Positions 1 through 24,222 of a DNA stretch of 64,000 nt are shown here, piece after piece (within the stretch, counting starts at the first letter, position 1; each line of letters starts with the position of its first letter). Origin of the DNA: Amoebidium appalachense (taxonomy: Eukaryota; Protista; Ichthyosporea); contig CAVNZM010000017.1 in the NCBI GenBank assembly GCA_963693365.1, forward strand, positions 4,383,375-4,447,374, written 5' to 3'. The position numbers were made by a program, and so were the translations under genes. The notes below the pieces were generated by a model that did no database searches, was not told the origin of the DNA, and saw only the letters and a program-made list of their open reading frames with translations.

Positions 1-623
1 TGGGGGAAGGGTTAAATGCATGGGGAATTGTTGGCAGGAGGAGAGGATAATTCTGGGGGAAGGTTTGAAAAATTGCATGATAGAAAGTTTAGTTTTGCTG
101 GTGGTATGTCAGGAAAATGTCAGGGCGTGCTGTGCCGGTGGTGGATGTTTCTATCTCAAATTCCCCTTTCTGGTACCGGCGAGGAAGTATGTGGCGTTCA
201 TTTTCACGATACAAGACTTTGCTTCAGACATGTATCCTGCATACCACGCCCACACACATACTCTCTCTAGCATTCTGTTTCCCAGCAAACACACAAAGTT
301 CTCTATCAGCTCGCTCGCTGTCACACTAAGTCTTGCTCTCGCCTGTGTCCTTTCACCTCGAGCTCCTTCTGAATGACATCACTGCGTGGCTATGGCTGCT
401 AACCGGTATTTAATATACGCTTTTCGGACAGTGAACACCATCATTTCTAGCGTGACCAGTAAAGTTACAGCACAATTATTCTTCAAATAACCGCAACTAG
501 GCCAAGCAGCTCCCCTGTGAGTCTCACGTTAGTTGTGCACAGCTTAAGTGTATTTTTCTTACAGATGCATTCCCTCTCTGCCCCCCCCCCCCCCCCCCCC
601 CCCCTTCTCCCCCCCTCTCTCCG

Positions 624-666
<43 letters not shown>

Positions 667-673
667 CCTCCCT

Positions 674-762
<89 letters not shown>

Positions 763-1070
763 TGTGTGTTTGTGTGTGCCTGTTTGTGTGCGTGCGTGTA
801 CACGTGCTGTATGTGACGTATTTGGTTCTATTAACATGTGCACGCCCGTGGCATCAGCATGTGTGCGCTTTTTTATATATTTATTTTCCTGCTTTTACTC
901 CCCGGCAAATCCTTGCATGCCCACGTTTCGCAAAGGAAGTGTGGATTGCTTGCTAGTTAAAAACGTCCAACATTTTGAAAAAACGAGAAGGAGAGAGCTT
1001 CAAGAATCAAGCACTTTGGAGTCTCTGAGCTACTCTCACCCCCTCCCTCATATTATTCTTCCTTCTACTT

Positions 1071-1372
1071 ACTGCGGCAACTTTAACCGCCGGCCTCTCG
1101 TACTGCCCTCGTCTGTTGCCTGCCCGCATATGTAGCCTAACCCTGCTCGTCTCGGATCACGACTGGGTGGCCCACCCATGTTCAAGTGGAACAAGTATCT
1201 GAGTTGGGCTACGTTGACGAGGTGAACGGGACGAAGCTCGGGACAGTGTGGATGACGTGGCCCCTCCCCCTGAGGATGGACCCTGCTTATTATGCATACT
1301 ATTTATGTGTGGTTTGCACTGTGCATCGTGCTGTCCGTTGTTTATGTGTACTTCGTACTTAATAGCGCATGC

Positions 1373-1375
<3 letters not shown>
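1071..1375 (+). repeat. Longest copy of a dispersed ~300-bp repeat family ending in poly(C)
   Basis: Aligns by eye with 9540-9833 over ~290 bp (e.g. AACCCTGCTCGTCTC, CCCACCCATGTTCAAGTG, GTATCTGAGTT, GTACTTCGTACTT). Confidence 0.8.
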
Positions 1376-1403
<28 letters not shown>

Positions 1404-1440
1404 TTCCCAAAAAAAAAAATAAAAAAAAATACACACGTAG

Positions 1441-1517
1441 GGGCAATCGGTCAAGGCCTTCTAAAATGTGTAAATACTGTACTGTGGCTCGTTTTTGTTT
1501 TAATAAGCCTGTCGTAA
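1441..1517 (+). CDS. Possible terminal exon of an upstream gene (GAIGQGLLKCVNTVLWLVFVLISLS*), hydrophobic C-terminus
   Basis: Acceptor acacacgtag at 1431-1440, open frame to TAA at 1515-1517, and a hydrophobic tail resembling a GPI or tail anchor. Upstream exons were not identified. Confidence 0.25.
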
Positions 1518-1677
1518 AAAAACATTATTATTAAACAACAAAAAAAGTAGTAATATAGTCCTGAGAATAGTCTTCTGTATGTAATTCCTCTTCTTCTTCT
1601 TCGTCTATTTGTGTTCCTTCGAAAGTTTGAACTTTGAAGTTCCACGGGAACGGATTGAGCCAGTCAATCAAACGTAT

Positions 1678-1701
1678 TTTTGGCGCGAAAAGCAAGCCAA
1701 T
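1678..1701. promoter_or_regulatory. E2F site (TTTTGGCGCGAAAA) next to a CCAAT box in the RNASEH2B promoter
   Basis: The reverse complement TTTTCGCGCCAAAA matches the classical E2F element. CCAAT is at 1697-1701. The pair lies ~300 bp upstream of the ATG of a replication/repair gene. Confidence 0.6.
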
Positions 1702-1980
1702 CAAAACGAGCACGATTCTTTGGCCCTCCCCGCAGCTTCCCGCTTTCAGAGCGCGAACATAACTTCAGCATACACTTGGGTTATAGTTGCTAGTATGTAT
1801 TAGGCTTTATTGTTATGTGTTTTGTGGAAAACTCCTTACGAGGGAGAAGAAAGAGATAGAGACGAGCCAAGGGAAGTTGACACGTGTATATGCTGTGAAC
1901 GCTCGCTGATCACACGAAAAACATGATCGGCTTGTAGCAAAACATATAGACTAAGTTGTGTTTATTGTAAAGTGAAAAAA

Positions 1981-14948
<12,968 letters not shown>

Positions 14949-15791
14949 CCAACCCTCTTCGAACTGACTGACTTAAATGATTTAAGAAGACATTGTCGTT
15001 CATTTCCTCCTCTACTTAGCCTATCGTTTTCGCATTCCTCCCTTTCCCCCCCCCCCCCCCCCCCCCCTCCCCCCCCCTCCCCCCCCCCAATCTTTAGTCT
15101 TTTTGTTACGCAGTCGGTAGATGTCATGCGTGGCTGTGGACAGTATAAAGCCATAGTGAAAAATTCAATAGAGTCCCCAAGAGCTCGCATTGTACCGTAG
15201 TTAGTTTTCAATATTTCCGATTTGCAAACCTGTTGGGTTTCTTATAAGGGAACTGAGATTCGCCAAGGCAGGGATAATGTTGACCCACACGTACACACAC
15301 GTACACACAGGTGCACATGAACAAAATCAGACGTAACTAGACGTGTGTGATCAATGCACAAACATACGAAATGGTGTACCTAATATAAATTTCTTCGCAA
15401 GGATAACCGATTAGTATGCGATCCGGTTGATCTAGCGATCTTCGGTTTGTTTGTTTTATTATAACCAGGGGTTGATAACAGGATTGCATTATCTTGCAGC
15501 ATGGTGATCGAAATAACCTTATTTGGTGGCCATGATGCTAAATATGGTAACAAGGTAACCAAGTATGGGCATGCCTGTTACTTATGTAAAGAGCGATATC
15601 GCAACCAATGGGTGTTTGTTCGGAAAGTCACCTTCCGGAAACAGAAAAAACAAAGGCACATCAAAGATCTGGGCTGTAATTGTAGCAATTGCATTTTTTC
15701 CCTGCTCACCCGGTCAGATCAAGTTTGGTGTGTATGTGTGGACTTGGTATTGGTGTGGGTGCGGGTGTGGTTTTTATGTGTGTGTGGGCTT

Positions 15792-15826
<35 letters not shown>

Positions 15827-15837
15827 GGGGGGGGGGG

Positions 15838-15887
<50 letters not shown>

Positions 15888-15889
<2 letters not shown>

Positions 15890-15944
15890 AAGAGGAACAA
15901 CCAGCGAAAGAAACCGTACTGGTATCGCTGGTTGTTCCTCTTTG
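15888..15944. repeat. Perfect 20-bp inverted repeat with 17-nt loop, extended by flanking poly(G) and poly(C)
   Basis: CAAAGAGGAACAACCAGCGA at 15888-15907 pairs with TCGCTGGTTGTTCCTCTTTG at 15925-15944. Confidence 0.85.
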
Positions 15945-15948
15945 CCCC

Positions 15949-15997
<49 letters not shown>

Positions 15998-16308
15998 ACG
16001 GTCACCCACCGCCACCAATACCCTGGCCTCCCCACTCCCTTCCCCCAACACACCACACACACACACGTGCACACCCACTCGCTTCAAACCTTTTGCAACA
16101 ATATGGCCTACAAAGTCGCAGAATAAGAGCCCTGCCGCGACCTCTCTCCCCTTCTCCTCTTTGTACTGGTACTCTCTCTCATGTCAATCAATGTCATGTG
16201 TGCAATGTACATTCAAAGTGTGCCCCGATTGTGTGTTTGTACATGTGTGTATGTGTGCGCGCGAGTATTTGACGCCGGTGGAGGGGGGGGGGGGGGGGGG
16301 GGGGGGGG

Positions 16309-16761
16309 CAACCACATCGGCAGAGTCAACTTGAAAAAAGCAGAATTATTCTACAAAAAGCGAAATTACTCTGCAAAAAGCAGATTTATTCTGCAAAAGC
16401 AGAATCACTCTGCTTTTAGCAGAGGTATTCTGCTTTTAGCAGAATTATTCCGCAAAAGCAGAATCACTCTGCTTTTAGCAGAATTATTCTTCATTTTTCT
16501 AAAAAAAAAGCAGAGCGATTCTGCTTTTAGCAAAATTATTCCGCAAAAAGCACAATTATTCTGCTTCTGCTTTCGACAGCAGCACAATTAGAGTCTAGCA
16601 GAATAATTCCGCTTCTAGGATACTGCTTTTGCAGAATCATTATTCTGCCTTTGCAAAATAATTCTGCTCGGGAGCTAGCAGGATACTGCTTTTGCAGAAT
16701 CATTATTCTGCCTTTGCGGAATAATTCTGCTCGGAGCAAGTTGACTCAGCCGATGTGGTTG
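16309..16761. mobile_element. MITE with 25-bp TIRs and an internal array of GCAGAAT(T/A)ATTCTGC-type palindromes
   Basis: TIRs CAACCACATCGGCAGAGTCAACTTG and CAAGTTGACTCAGCCGATGTGGTTG (1 mismatch). A related internal fragment lies at about 42578-42660. Confidence 0.8.
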
Positions 16762-16972
16762 GGCCGCCCGGGGGAGGGGGGGGGGGGGGGGGGGGGGAGA
16801 CGATGAGCCAAAAGACAGTGATTTTACATTACTTCTGCCTATATGATGGGACCAGCCCTATCACTTAGTTTATTTTCACTTCATTCATCATAAGGAATTA
16901 CAGTATTATACAATCTAAATATCATATACTGTACAGGATTACTCAGCTCAATATTAACAGGATCAAAAAATC

Positions 16973-19900
16973 CTAAACTCTATTGGGCGTAAACCCGAAA
17001 TCCATGCCGGTCGGACGGGTATTAGCCGAATTTACGGTAAATGCAGCCAGATTTGACGCAATTCCGTCCCTATTGGTCGTGATAGTCATCCCCATAGGTG
17101 TGGCCTGGACGAAAACGAGATATGTTCCCGCTGCGGGTATATCCCCAATCGTGTAAGATCCGTCGGAATTTGTGTGGCTGGTGCTAAGAATCCGGCCCGA
17201 AAGATCGGCAACATTAACAACAATCCCATTCAGACCCTCGCCCCTATCAAACCTCCCGTTTAGGTTGACGTCGGCGTAGATAATCCCAGACACGCCGAAT
17301 TTGGAATTAGAAGTCGTGAGATCGGTGGTTGGGATCGCGCCCGATTGCTCGATCGATTCCAAAACCAGCCCGGAATCGGTGGAATCGGCCGATCGGAGTA
17401 TGGGTTGCTCTGAGGCGGTGCGTGCGCTGGGTGCCTGATATCCGAAATCGACACCATCGAACACCTCATCCCCCTCCTCCAATAGAACGGTCGTTTCGCC
17501 ATCCGGGCGCTCATCCAGATCAACGGTGGGAGTAAGTGTCGACGGAATGCCCCCGGTAATGGTAATCACGTGATTCCCAAGCGGAATATCGCGGAAGATG
17601 TACAGGCCCGAGGCGGTGGTTGTGGCGGTTGCAAGAACGCGTCCTGTCCCCTGATTGGTCTTCTCAGCCAGCGAAAGAGTCACGCCAGCCAATCCCTCGC
17701 CTTCGTCGGCCAACCCGTTGCGGTCCTTATCCTCAAAAACAACACCACTGATAGAGCCCAGTTTCCCTCCAGCGGCGGCGGGCGCATCTTGTTGACCATT
17801 GTTGTTTCCGGGGGCAAGGGCAAGGGTGGGAGCGGGGGCGGGGGAGGAAGTTTGGGCCGGGGTAGAAGAGGAAGAGGGAGCAGAAACACGGCGCTCGTAA
17901 CCGAAATCGACGCCAGTGGCGGCGGGTTTTGATTGGCTGAGAACCACGTCGGTCTTCCCGTCGGTGGTTTCGTCGAGGTCAATGGACGGTTTCCATTGGG
18001 TACCGATCTGACCCACGGAGACGGTGAGCGAGCCGAAGGGGGCGCCGTTGAACTGGTAGCGGCCGGTGGCGTCCGTTGTCGTCGTGGCAATGACGTTGGT
18101 ACTCTTTGCACGGAAAAGGGTCACTTGAAGACCGCCCAAACCCTCCCCTGCCTGCGGAGCACCGTCTTTGTTCTTGTCCTCAAAAACGGTCCCGGAGATG
18201 GTTCCACGGCCGGCCGTGGAACCAAGAGTTGTTGCCGGGCGGGTGGTGGTTGTGGTTGTGGTTGTGGTTGTGGTTGTTGTTGTGGGTTTGGTGGTGGTTT
18301 TAGTAGTGGTGGTGGTGGTGGTTGTTGTGGTGGTGGTGGTTGAACGAGTAGTAGTGGTGGGGATAGCGTAGGTGGTGGTGGTGGGAACTGGGGTGGCATC
18401 AGTAGCAACATCAGCCGCCGATGGAGCCGGCGGGATGTAAGGCATGTCGGGGGGCCTGTAGATAAACTCTACCCAGTTGATAGCAGCAGTGCTATCTGGC
18501 ACATCTACCAGGTAAATCCCGTCTGCCGTTTGATCGCCATCAGATCGGAGATAAAGCTTGCGGCCGTCGGCGGTAGGGAGAACCTGAGACACTTGAAGGA
18601 AGTAGCGACCGGGGGTGAGACGGGAGAACGTGAAAGAACCAGAGCGATCCGTCAAAGCGCGTGCGACCTCGACGCCGGAACTACCAACGACGCTGTAAAT
18701 AGTAACGACAACACCGGAGAGGAAAGAGTCGCTGCTATCGGCGTTGAAATTTTCGTTGGTGTCGCTATAGATGGTCCCGGAGATAAAAGCGGACGAAAAG
18801 GTGGAAGTGGTGGTAGCGGGAGCCACCGTGGTGGTGGTGGTGGTGTGTGTTGTACTTGGGCTAGATGTGGGAAAATAACCGAAATTGATGCGGTTCACGC
18901 GGTAGACGGTTGAGTTGAGAGTAACAATCGTCTGTCCGTCGGCGATCGGGTCTGAATCGATAGACGCGACCATGTTTGAAGACATACCCACGACCCGAAC
19001 CATGTACCGACCCGAGGGAACAGCTGTGAAAGTGAACACCCCAAGGCTATTGGTCAACACAGAGCTAACCAGGTTGTTGAGCGTTCCTGATTGGGTGTTT
19101 ATCAGCTGAACCGCAACGCCGGCAATACCCTCGCCCACTGTCGCCTTCCTGTTCAGATCGAGGTCGTTGTAAACAACACCAGAGATTGTACCCGATGGAA
19201 GAATCGGCGTGGTGGGTGTGGTTTGGGCGGCGGCGGTGGTGGTGGTGGTTGGAACATCGAGAACGAGAGTCTGCGAGGCGACGTTGCGACCAATCAAAAA
19301 GCTCACCGTGTGGGCACTGTTTGCACTCAGGACGACGCGTGCGAGCGAGCTCACAAGCCCAAGGGAGTTCTTAATGACGGCGAAATCCGCCGGCAGCCCG
19401 CGAAGACTTATAAAGTATCTCCCGGCAGGGACACTCAATGAATAGCCGCCAGAGTAGTCGGTGACTGCGCTAGCAACAACGCGACGTGTTGACGTAAGCG
19501 CATACACAGACATACCAGAGACACCCTCTTTGACGTCACGAACACCGTTGCCGTTCTTATCCTCCCAAACGAAGCCGTCAAGCGTAACGTTTTCGGCCTT
19601 GGGTGTGGTTGTCGGTGCAGGTTTGACCATGAAATCGGCAATCACCTGAGTATTCTCGTCGGAAATTGTAAACACGAGTTTCTCCTCCACGACACCGTTT
19701 GCGTTGGCGGCACGCACGACCGTCGCGGAAGGCGTGGGGACCTGAATCACGACCGTCGCGGAAGGCGTGGGGACCTGAATCAAGACGATATAAGTACCAA
19801 GTGTGAGATTTTCAAAGAAATACTCGCCGTCGTGGTTCGTCGTCGTGGTAAAAGATTGGCCCGTAGGATACGAAATTCGGACGGGCGCACCGGAAATTCC

Positions 19901-21148
19901 CTCGCCGATATCGAGTTGGTTGTTATTGTTTGTGTCGTTGTAAACGAACCCGTTGATAATTCCGTCACCGGCAACGGATGCGGGCACCGGCACGGGCGCG
20001 GGTGCTGATGAGAAAACGTAGGGTAAGAAAATTGAATTTTCAAGATTAGACTTGTAGCCTTTGCGCTTGAAAAAACATCCAATTTTCTTGGTTGTGTCTG
20101 TGGGTGGGGTTTTTTGGGCCCTCTTCTTCCTTTCCCTTCCTTTCCTTTTCTTTTTTTCCCACAACCATTGATTTATTTAATTCTTATTTATTTATTTATT
20201 TATTTTCGGGGCGGGGGGGGGGGGGGGGGGGGGGGATATGATTCCTACTTGCAATGGCATAGCACTTCACGCCGTCAGACTCAAGGCCCTCCGTGCACGG
20301 CACACACGAAAAATCAGCCGCGATCTCCTCCCTCAAATTGCACGGCCCACAAGTCACCCCATCGCTGGAGGTGGTCCCCTCGGGGCATTTATTGCATTGC
20401 CCATCGGCGGCAATCGACCCGATTGCACACTTCTTGCACGTGTTTACATTTGAAACCACGTGACCCGCGGGACATTTCACACAGATGTTTCCGGAAATAA
20501 TCATGTTTGGTGGGCAGTTTTGGCACGAATTTGTCGCCGGGAACCATACTTGGCCTTGGGCGCATTGTGTGGTGGAGGTGATTACAAGTGGCGGTGAATC
20601 AGCGACGATGGGTGGCGGGGGAGATTGAAATTCGATTTGTTGTGTGGGTGGCGGCGGTGGCGGCGGGGTTTCTGTTTGCGGCGGCGGTGGTGGTGGTGTG
20701 CTTGTGCCTGCTTTGAAAAAATCGAAGCGGTTTCCGTTGAATGTTTTGACGCCGTTAGAGACATTGTTCGTGATTGAGCTGAATGTATTTAGGCTGTTTA
20801 CATTTGAGACCACTGCGGGTGTGCAAATTTGCGTCAGAATTCAAGTCGCACGGCATAACAATGTGAGAGAGCAGAAAGAAACGTGGGAGGGGGGGGGGGG
20901 GGGGGGGGGGGGGAGAGGCAAACATTCATGCAGTGTTTAAATGTTCTTTTGCAAAAGAGGTATACTGCATGGGAGGTTGGGATTGTTTTTTTATCATTTT
21001 CGTACACAGGACGGGGACTTAGTAAGGACGGGGACTTAGTAAGGTTTTGATTTCTTTAGGACAGGGAAAGGTGGAGACGCAGGGCTTAATTACCTGAGTC
21101 TACGCCGCTTGCTAGCAACATAGAAGCAAAAAGTATGGCGTTCACCAT
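16973..21148 (-). CDS. Secreted ~1216-aa protein: signal peptide, Pro-rich linker, Cys-rich CxxC repeats, seven SdrD-B/CnaB-like repeats with Thr-rich linkers
   Basis: complement(join(16973-20004,20249-20812,21094-21148)), phases consistent. N-terminus MVNAILFASMLLASGVDS. Repeats follow G-x-I-S-G-x-V-[FY]-x-D-x-[ND]-x-[ND]-G...GEG-[IL]-x-G-V-x-V-x-L...TT-x-x-x-G-x-Y-x-F...DFG[YF]. Confidence 0.85.
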
Positions 21149-22162
21149 TTTTCAGATGTCTTAACACAGACACCCTAAAAGGTGACTATCGAAGTGGCTC
21201 AGTGTCTGTTTAGGTCAAAAAAAAAACTTTGAATGCTTGAGTTATGAAAAAAGCCGATATGAGCTACAGCGTTGTCCTTGTAATTTGTAGTTCGCTGGCT
21301 GACAATAGCTAGTGGCGCGGTTGTGATATGCCGTATATTGTTACATACATAGCGAAGGGGCACTGAATCGGTTGGTACTGCCTAAACAAAGTGTGCGTAC
21401 GTTTGTTGGTCACAGAAAAAATGACGGCTTCAACCAACCCTTACGAATTTATATGATGCGAAAGTGTGCGACGGAGCTAAACGATTGGCTGTATCAACCA
21501 TTGACACTTTCGATGCATGTAATTGGTGGAATAAATTGGATTACAGAAATAACGATTGGCTGCGATCATTTGTAGTATGCAAGGCATCTGCACATAAAAA
21601 TACGTGATATAAGATGATTTTGCTTTTTTAATTAGATATTAAATCGTCTTTTTCTAATCAGATGGAATTTATTCGCTTTTATGCCTCTAGCGGAATCGCC
21701 GGATCTTGCAGACATATTATTGATTGCGTCACCATAAACCCTATTTTATTGATCCCTCGGGAATGGTTTATTTTATAGCTACAGTAATTATGTAAATTCC
21801 ACAATACAGTAATTGATTTGTTATACATCAGCAGAACATCAGGCGAACTAATAGAATGGTCATATATTTACTGCTATTTTATTCATTCCTCATTCTATTT
21901 TTTTTTTAACTATACAATGGTGCTATATTATAAGTATATTTATCTATACAATGGTGCTATTTGGCAAATTTCTGTTATGAAACATGCTCCATCTATTTAT
22001 ATCTGCTCGACGCGGCGGCGGTTTGGTACACTAATACCCACCCGCCCGCGATACACCCTGACGAAGGCTACTGACCGTATATACTGTATATACACACTAA
22101 TAACTCGATAAAAAGAAATTAAAAGGGGGGAATTTTTTTGTATGCCCGACCGCCTTCAAGTT

Positions 22163-22186
22163 CAACGCACTCGATCGAGTGCGTTG
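22163..22186. repeat. Perfect 24-bp palindrome CAACGCACTCGATCGAGTGCGTTG
   Basis: Self-complementary with no spacer. Confidence 0.85.
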
Positions 22187-22276
22187 GAGGCTACCTCGTA
22201 GGTTTGGGGAGACTGCCAGTCACGTTCGCGCTGTGCCGCAGCAACGTTGGCGAGGCGCGCCAGCTGAGCCTGCGAT

Positions 22277-22536
22277 CAGGGCCGAAAATACCACGAAATT
22301 TGGATGGTATTTTTCTAGGGTATCTCGTATTGGGGTTTACACATATCTCGTATTTTTCTGAGAGCTGGATGGTATTTCCGGACACGTTCCTATAGAGCAT
22401 CCACACCATTCAATTCAATGGTGACACCATGTACACCATGGTCGGAAATGTATCGTACCATGCAAAAAAAGTTGGATGGTATTTTTGAAAACTGGAAGGT
22501 ATTTTAGAGGGTGTAAACAAAGTTTGGTCACCCCTG
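22277..22536. mobile_element. hAT-like MITE
   Basis: Termini CAGGG...CCCTG. 8-bp flanks CCTGCGAT / GCTGCGAT (7/8 match). Internal repeated TGGATGGTATTT motifs. Confidence 0.6.
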
Positions 22537-22642
22537 GCTGCGATGACCGTGCGATGCTAGCCTCTGCTTACCCATAATATGTAAAAGGGGTGTCATATAC
22601 TACGATGGCGCTCATTGTTGCCTAGCAGTGTACATATGTCAC

Positions 22643-22838
22643 TGGGGTTTACGCTGTTTACTCGAGGCAAAGAGAACCAGTCTCAGGTATGGGGGGGGGG
22701 GGTTTGCTCGGAATATCCCCTCAGCGGTATATCATGATCACGTACATAGATGTCGGGTGGTGACTATATATCAGGGTTTACTTTCTCTACGAGACACCAT
22801 AAAGACTACAAGGAGAAATCAATTAGTTGGGGTTCCCC

Positions 22839-22882
<44 letters not shown>

Positions 22883-22914
22883 GGGCTCCCCTCGGGACAC
22901 TCGGTATCAGCTGG

Positions 22915-22973
<59 letters not shown>

Positions 22974-24106
22974 TGTGTGTGTGTGCGCGTGCGCTATAAT
23001 TTTGTAGTGATGTGTTTCTCAAGCCAATCAATACATCTAATAAACAGGTCGTAGTTACGCGTGTTTAGTATAAAATCAAGGATGTTGTAATTTACAGGTA
23101 GGCTATCTTTCTGGGTGTCTGTTGTGAATGTGACGTGTGTGTGTTGCGGTATTATGTGGTCTATCAAACTACATTTGGCGATACATGACCGGTTAAACTG
23201 GTGTGTGTGTGTGTTGTTTGGGCATGCAAATGATGCCACCTTATACTTATTAGATCTCCACTGTATAGCACGTGTACAGTAAAAGCGTGGTAATTGATCA
23301 ATAATACCATCAGCTAGAGAAAGACCAGTTCTACAGGAAGGTAATATGTATTTAGGTGTTATACACTTGCGAGTGCCATATTTGGCAATATGGTTGAGGC
23401 GGTCAGTATATATAAAACGAGACATAAGGCTTAGTTTTTCAAGGTGTATGCTTTCATCGGGTCTAGTGTCGTGTGGTATCTTTTTCCATTTGTTATATTG
23501 CGTGATTATCTTGTGATTGTGTACATGTTTAATAAGTAAGTGGCAGTCCAAAGTCACACACACACTATTGCGGGGTTTATTTGTATTTGTGCCCAGGGCT
23601 GCATTTGATTGGCTGCGCTGGAAAACGCAGTATGATAGGCCGTCGAATGTGGCTGGGCCTGCCCTTCGGCAGTGTCCACGCAATAAAAAGTGTGTAAACC
23701 CCCAACTATTGTAAATATCGGCAGAAAAAACCCAAAACACAAGTCGTTGTTGCCACATACAGTCCACGTGTTTGTGCGAACGTATACGTACGGATCATAA
23801 GGCACGCACATCTAGCTCTCCTGTTTGTGCATGTAACTGTAAGTAATGAGTAGCCGCAGCTGCAGGCAGGCAGGCAGGCGTAGACTTTACAGAAATTGAA
23901 GTAAAGGCAAGAAACTATACGTGCGCGTTGAATTCGAAGGGTGCACATCATGATGATGGCATACTATCTCTCGATCATACATGCGTCAACAGCACTGCTC
24001 CATTGTCGCCCATGGGGAAAGCACGTACATCAACAGCACTGCTCCATTGTCGCCCATGGGTAAAGCACGGTTTTACACGCGGGAACACACAGAAACACGC
24101 ACACAT

Positions 24107-24156
<50 letters not shown>

Positions 24157-24167
24157 GCACACACACG

Positions 24168-24222
<55 letters not shown>

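Noticed and set aside
175-240. Minus-strand YMSEAKSCIVKMNATYFLAG, reminiscent of the POLD3 N-terminus
   Set aside because: No upstream exon with the expected VTYKWLS/VNxAK motif was found, and the match is too short.
1200-1285. Hammerhead ribozyme in the dispersed repeat (CTGAGGA/CTGATGA/CTGAAGA in different copies, GAAAC upstream)
   Set aside because: I could not form convincing stems I and II in any topology by hand. An Infernal search on the family consensus would settle it.
15501-15720. ORF MVIEITLFGGHDAKYG...
   Set aside because: No recognisable motif or splice partners, and it runs into simple repeats.
22994-23767. 257-aa ORF in the inverted-repeat arm
   Set aside because: No recognisable domain, and it is frameshifted in the second arm.
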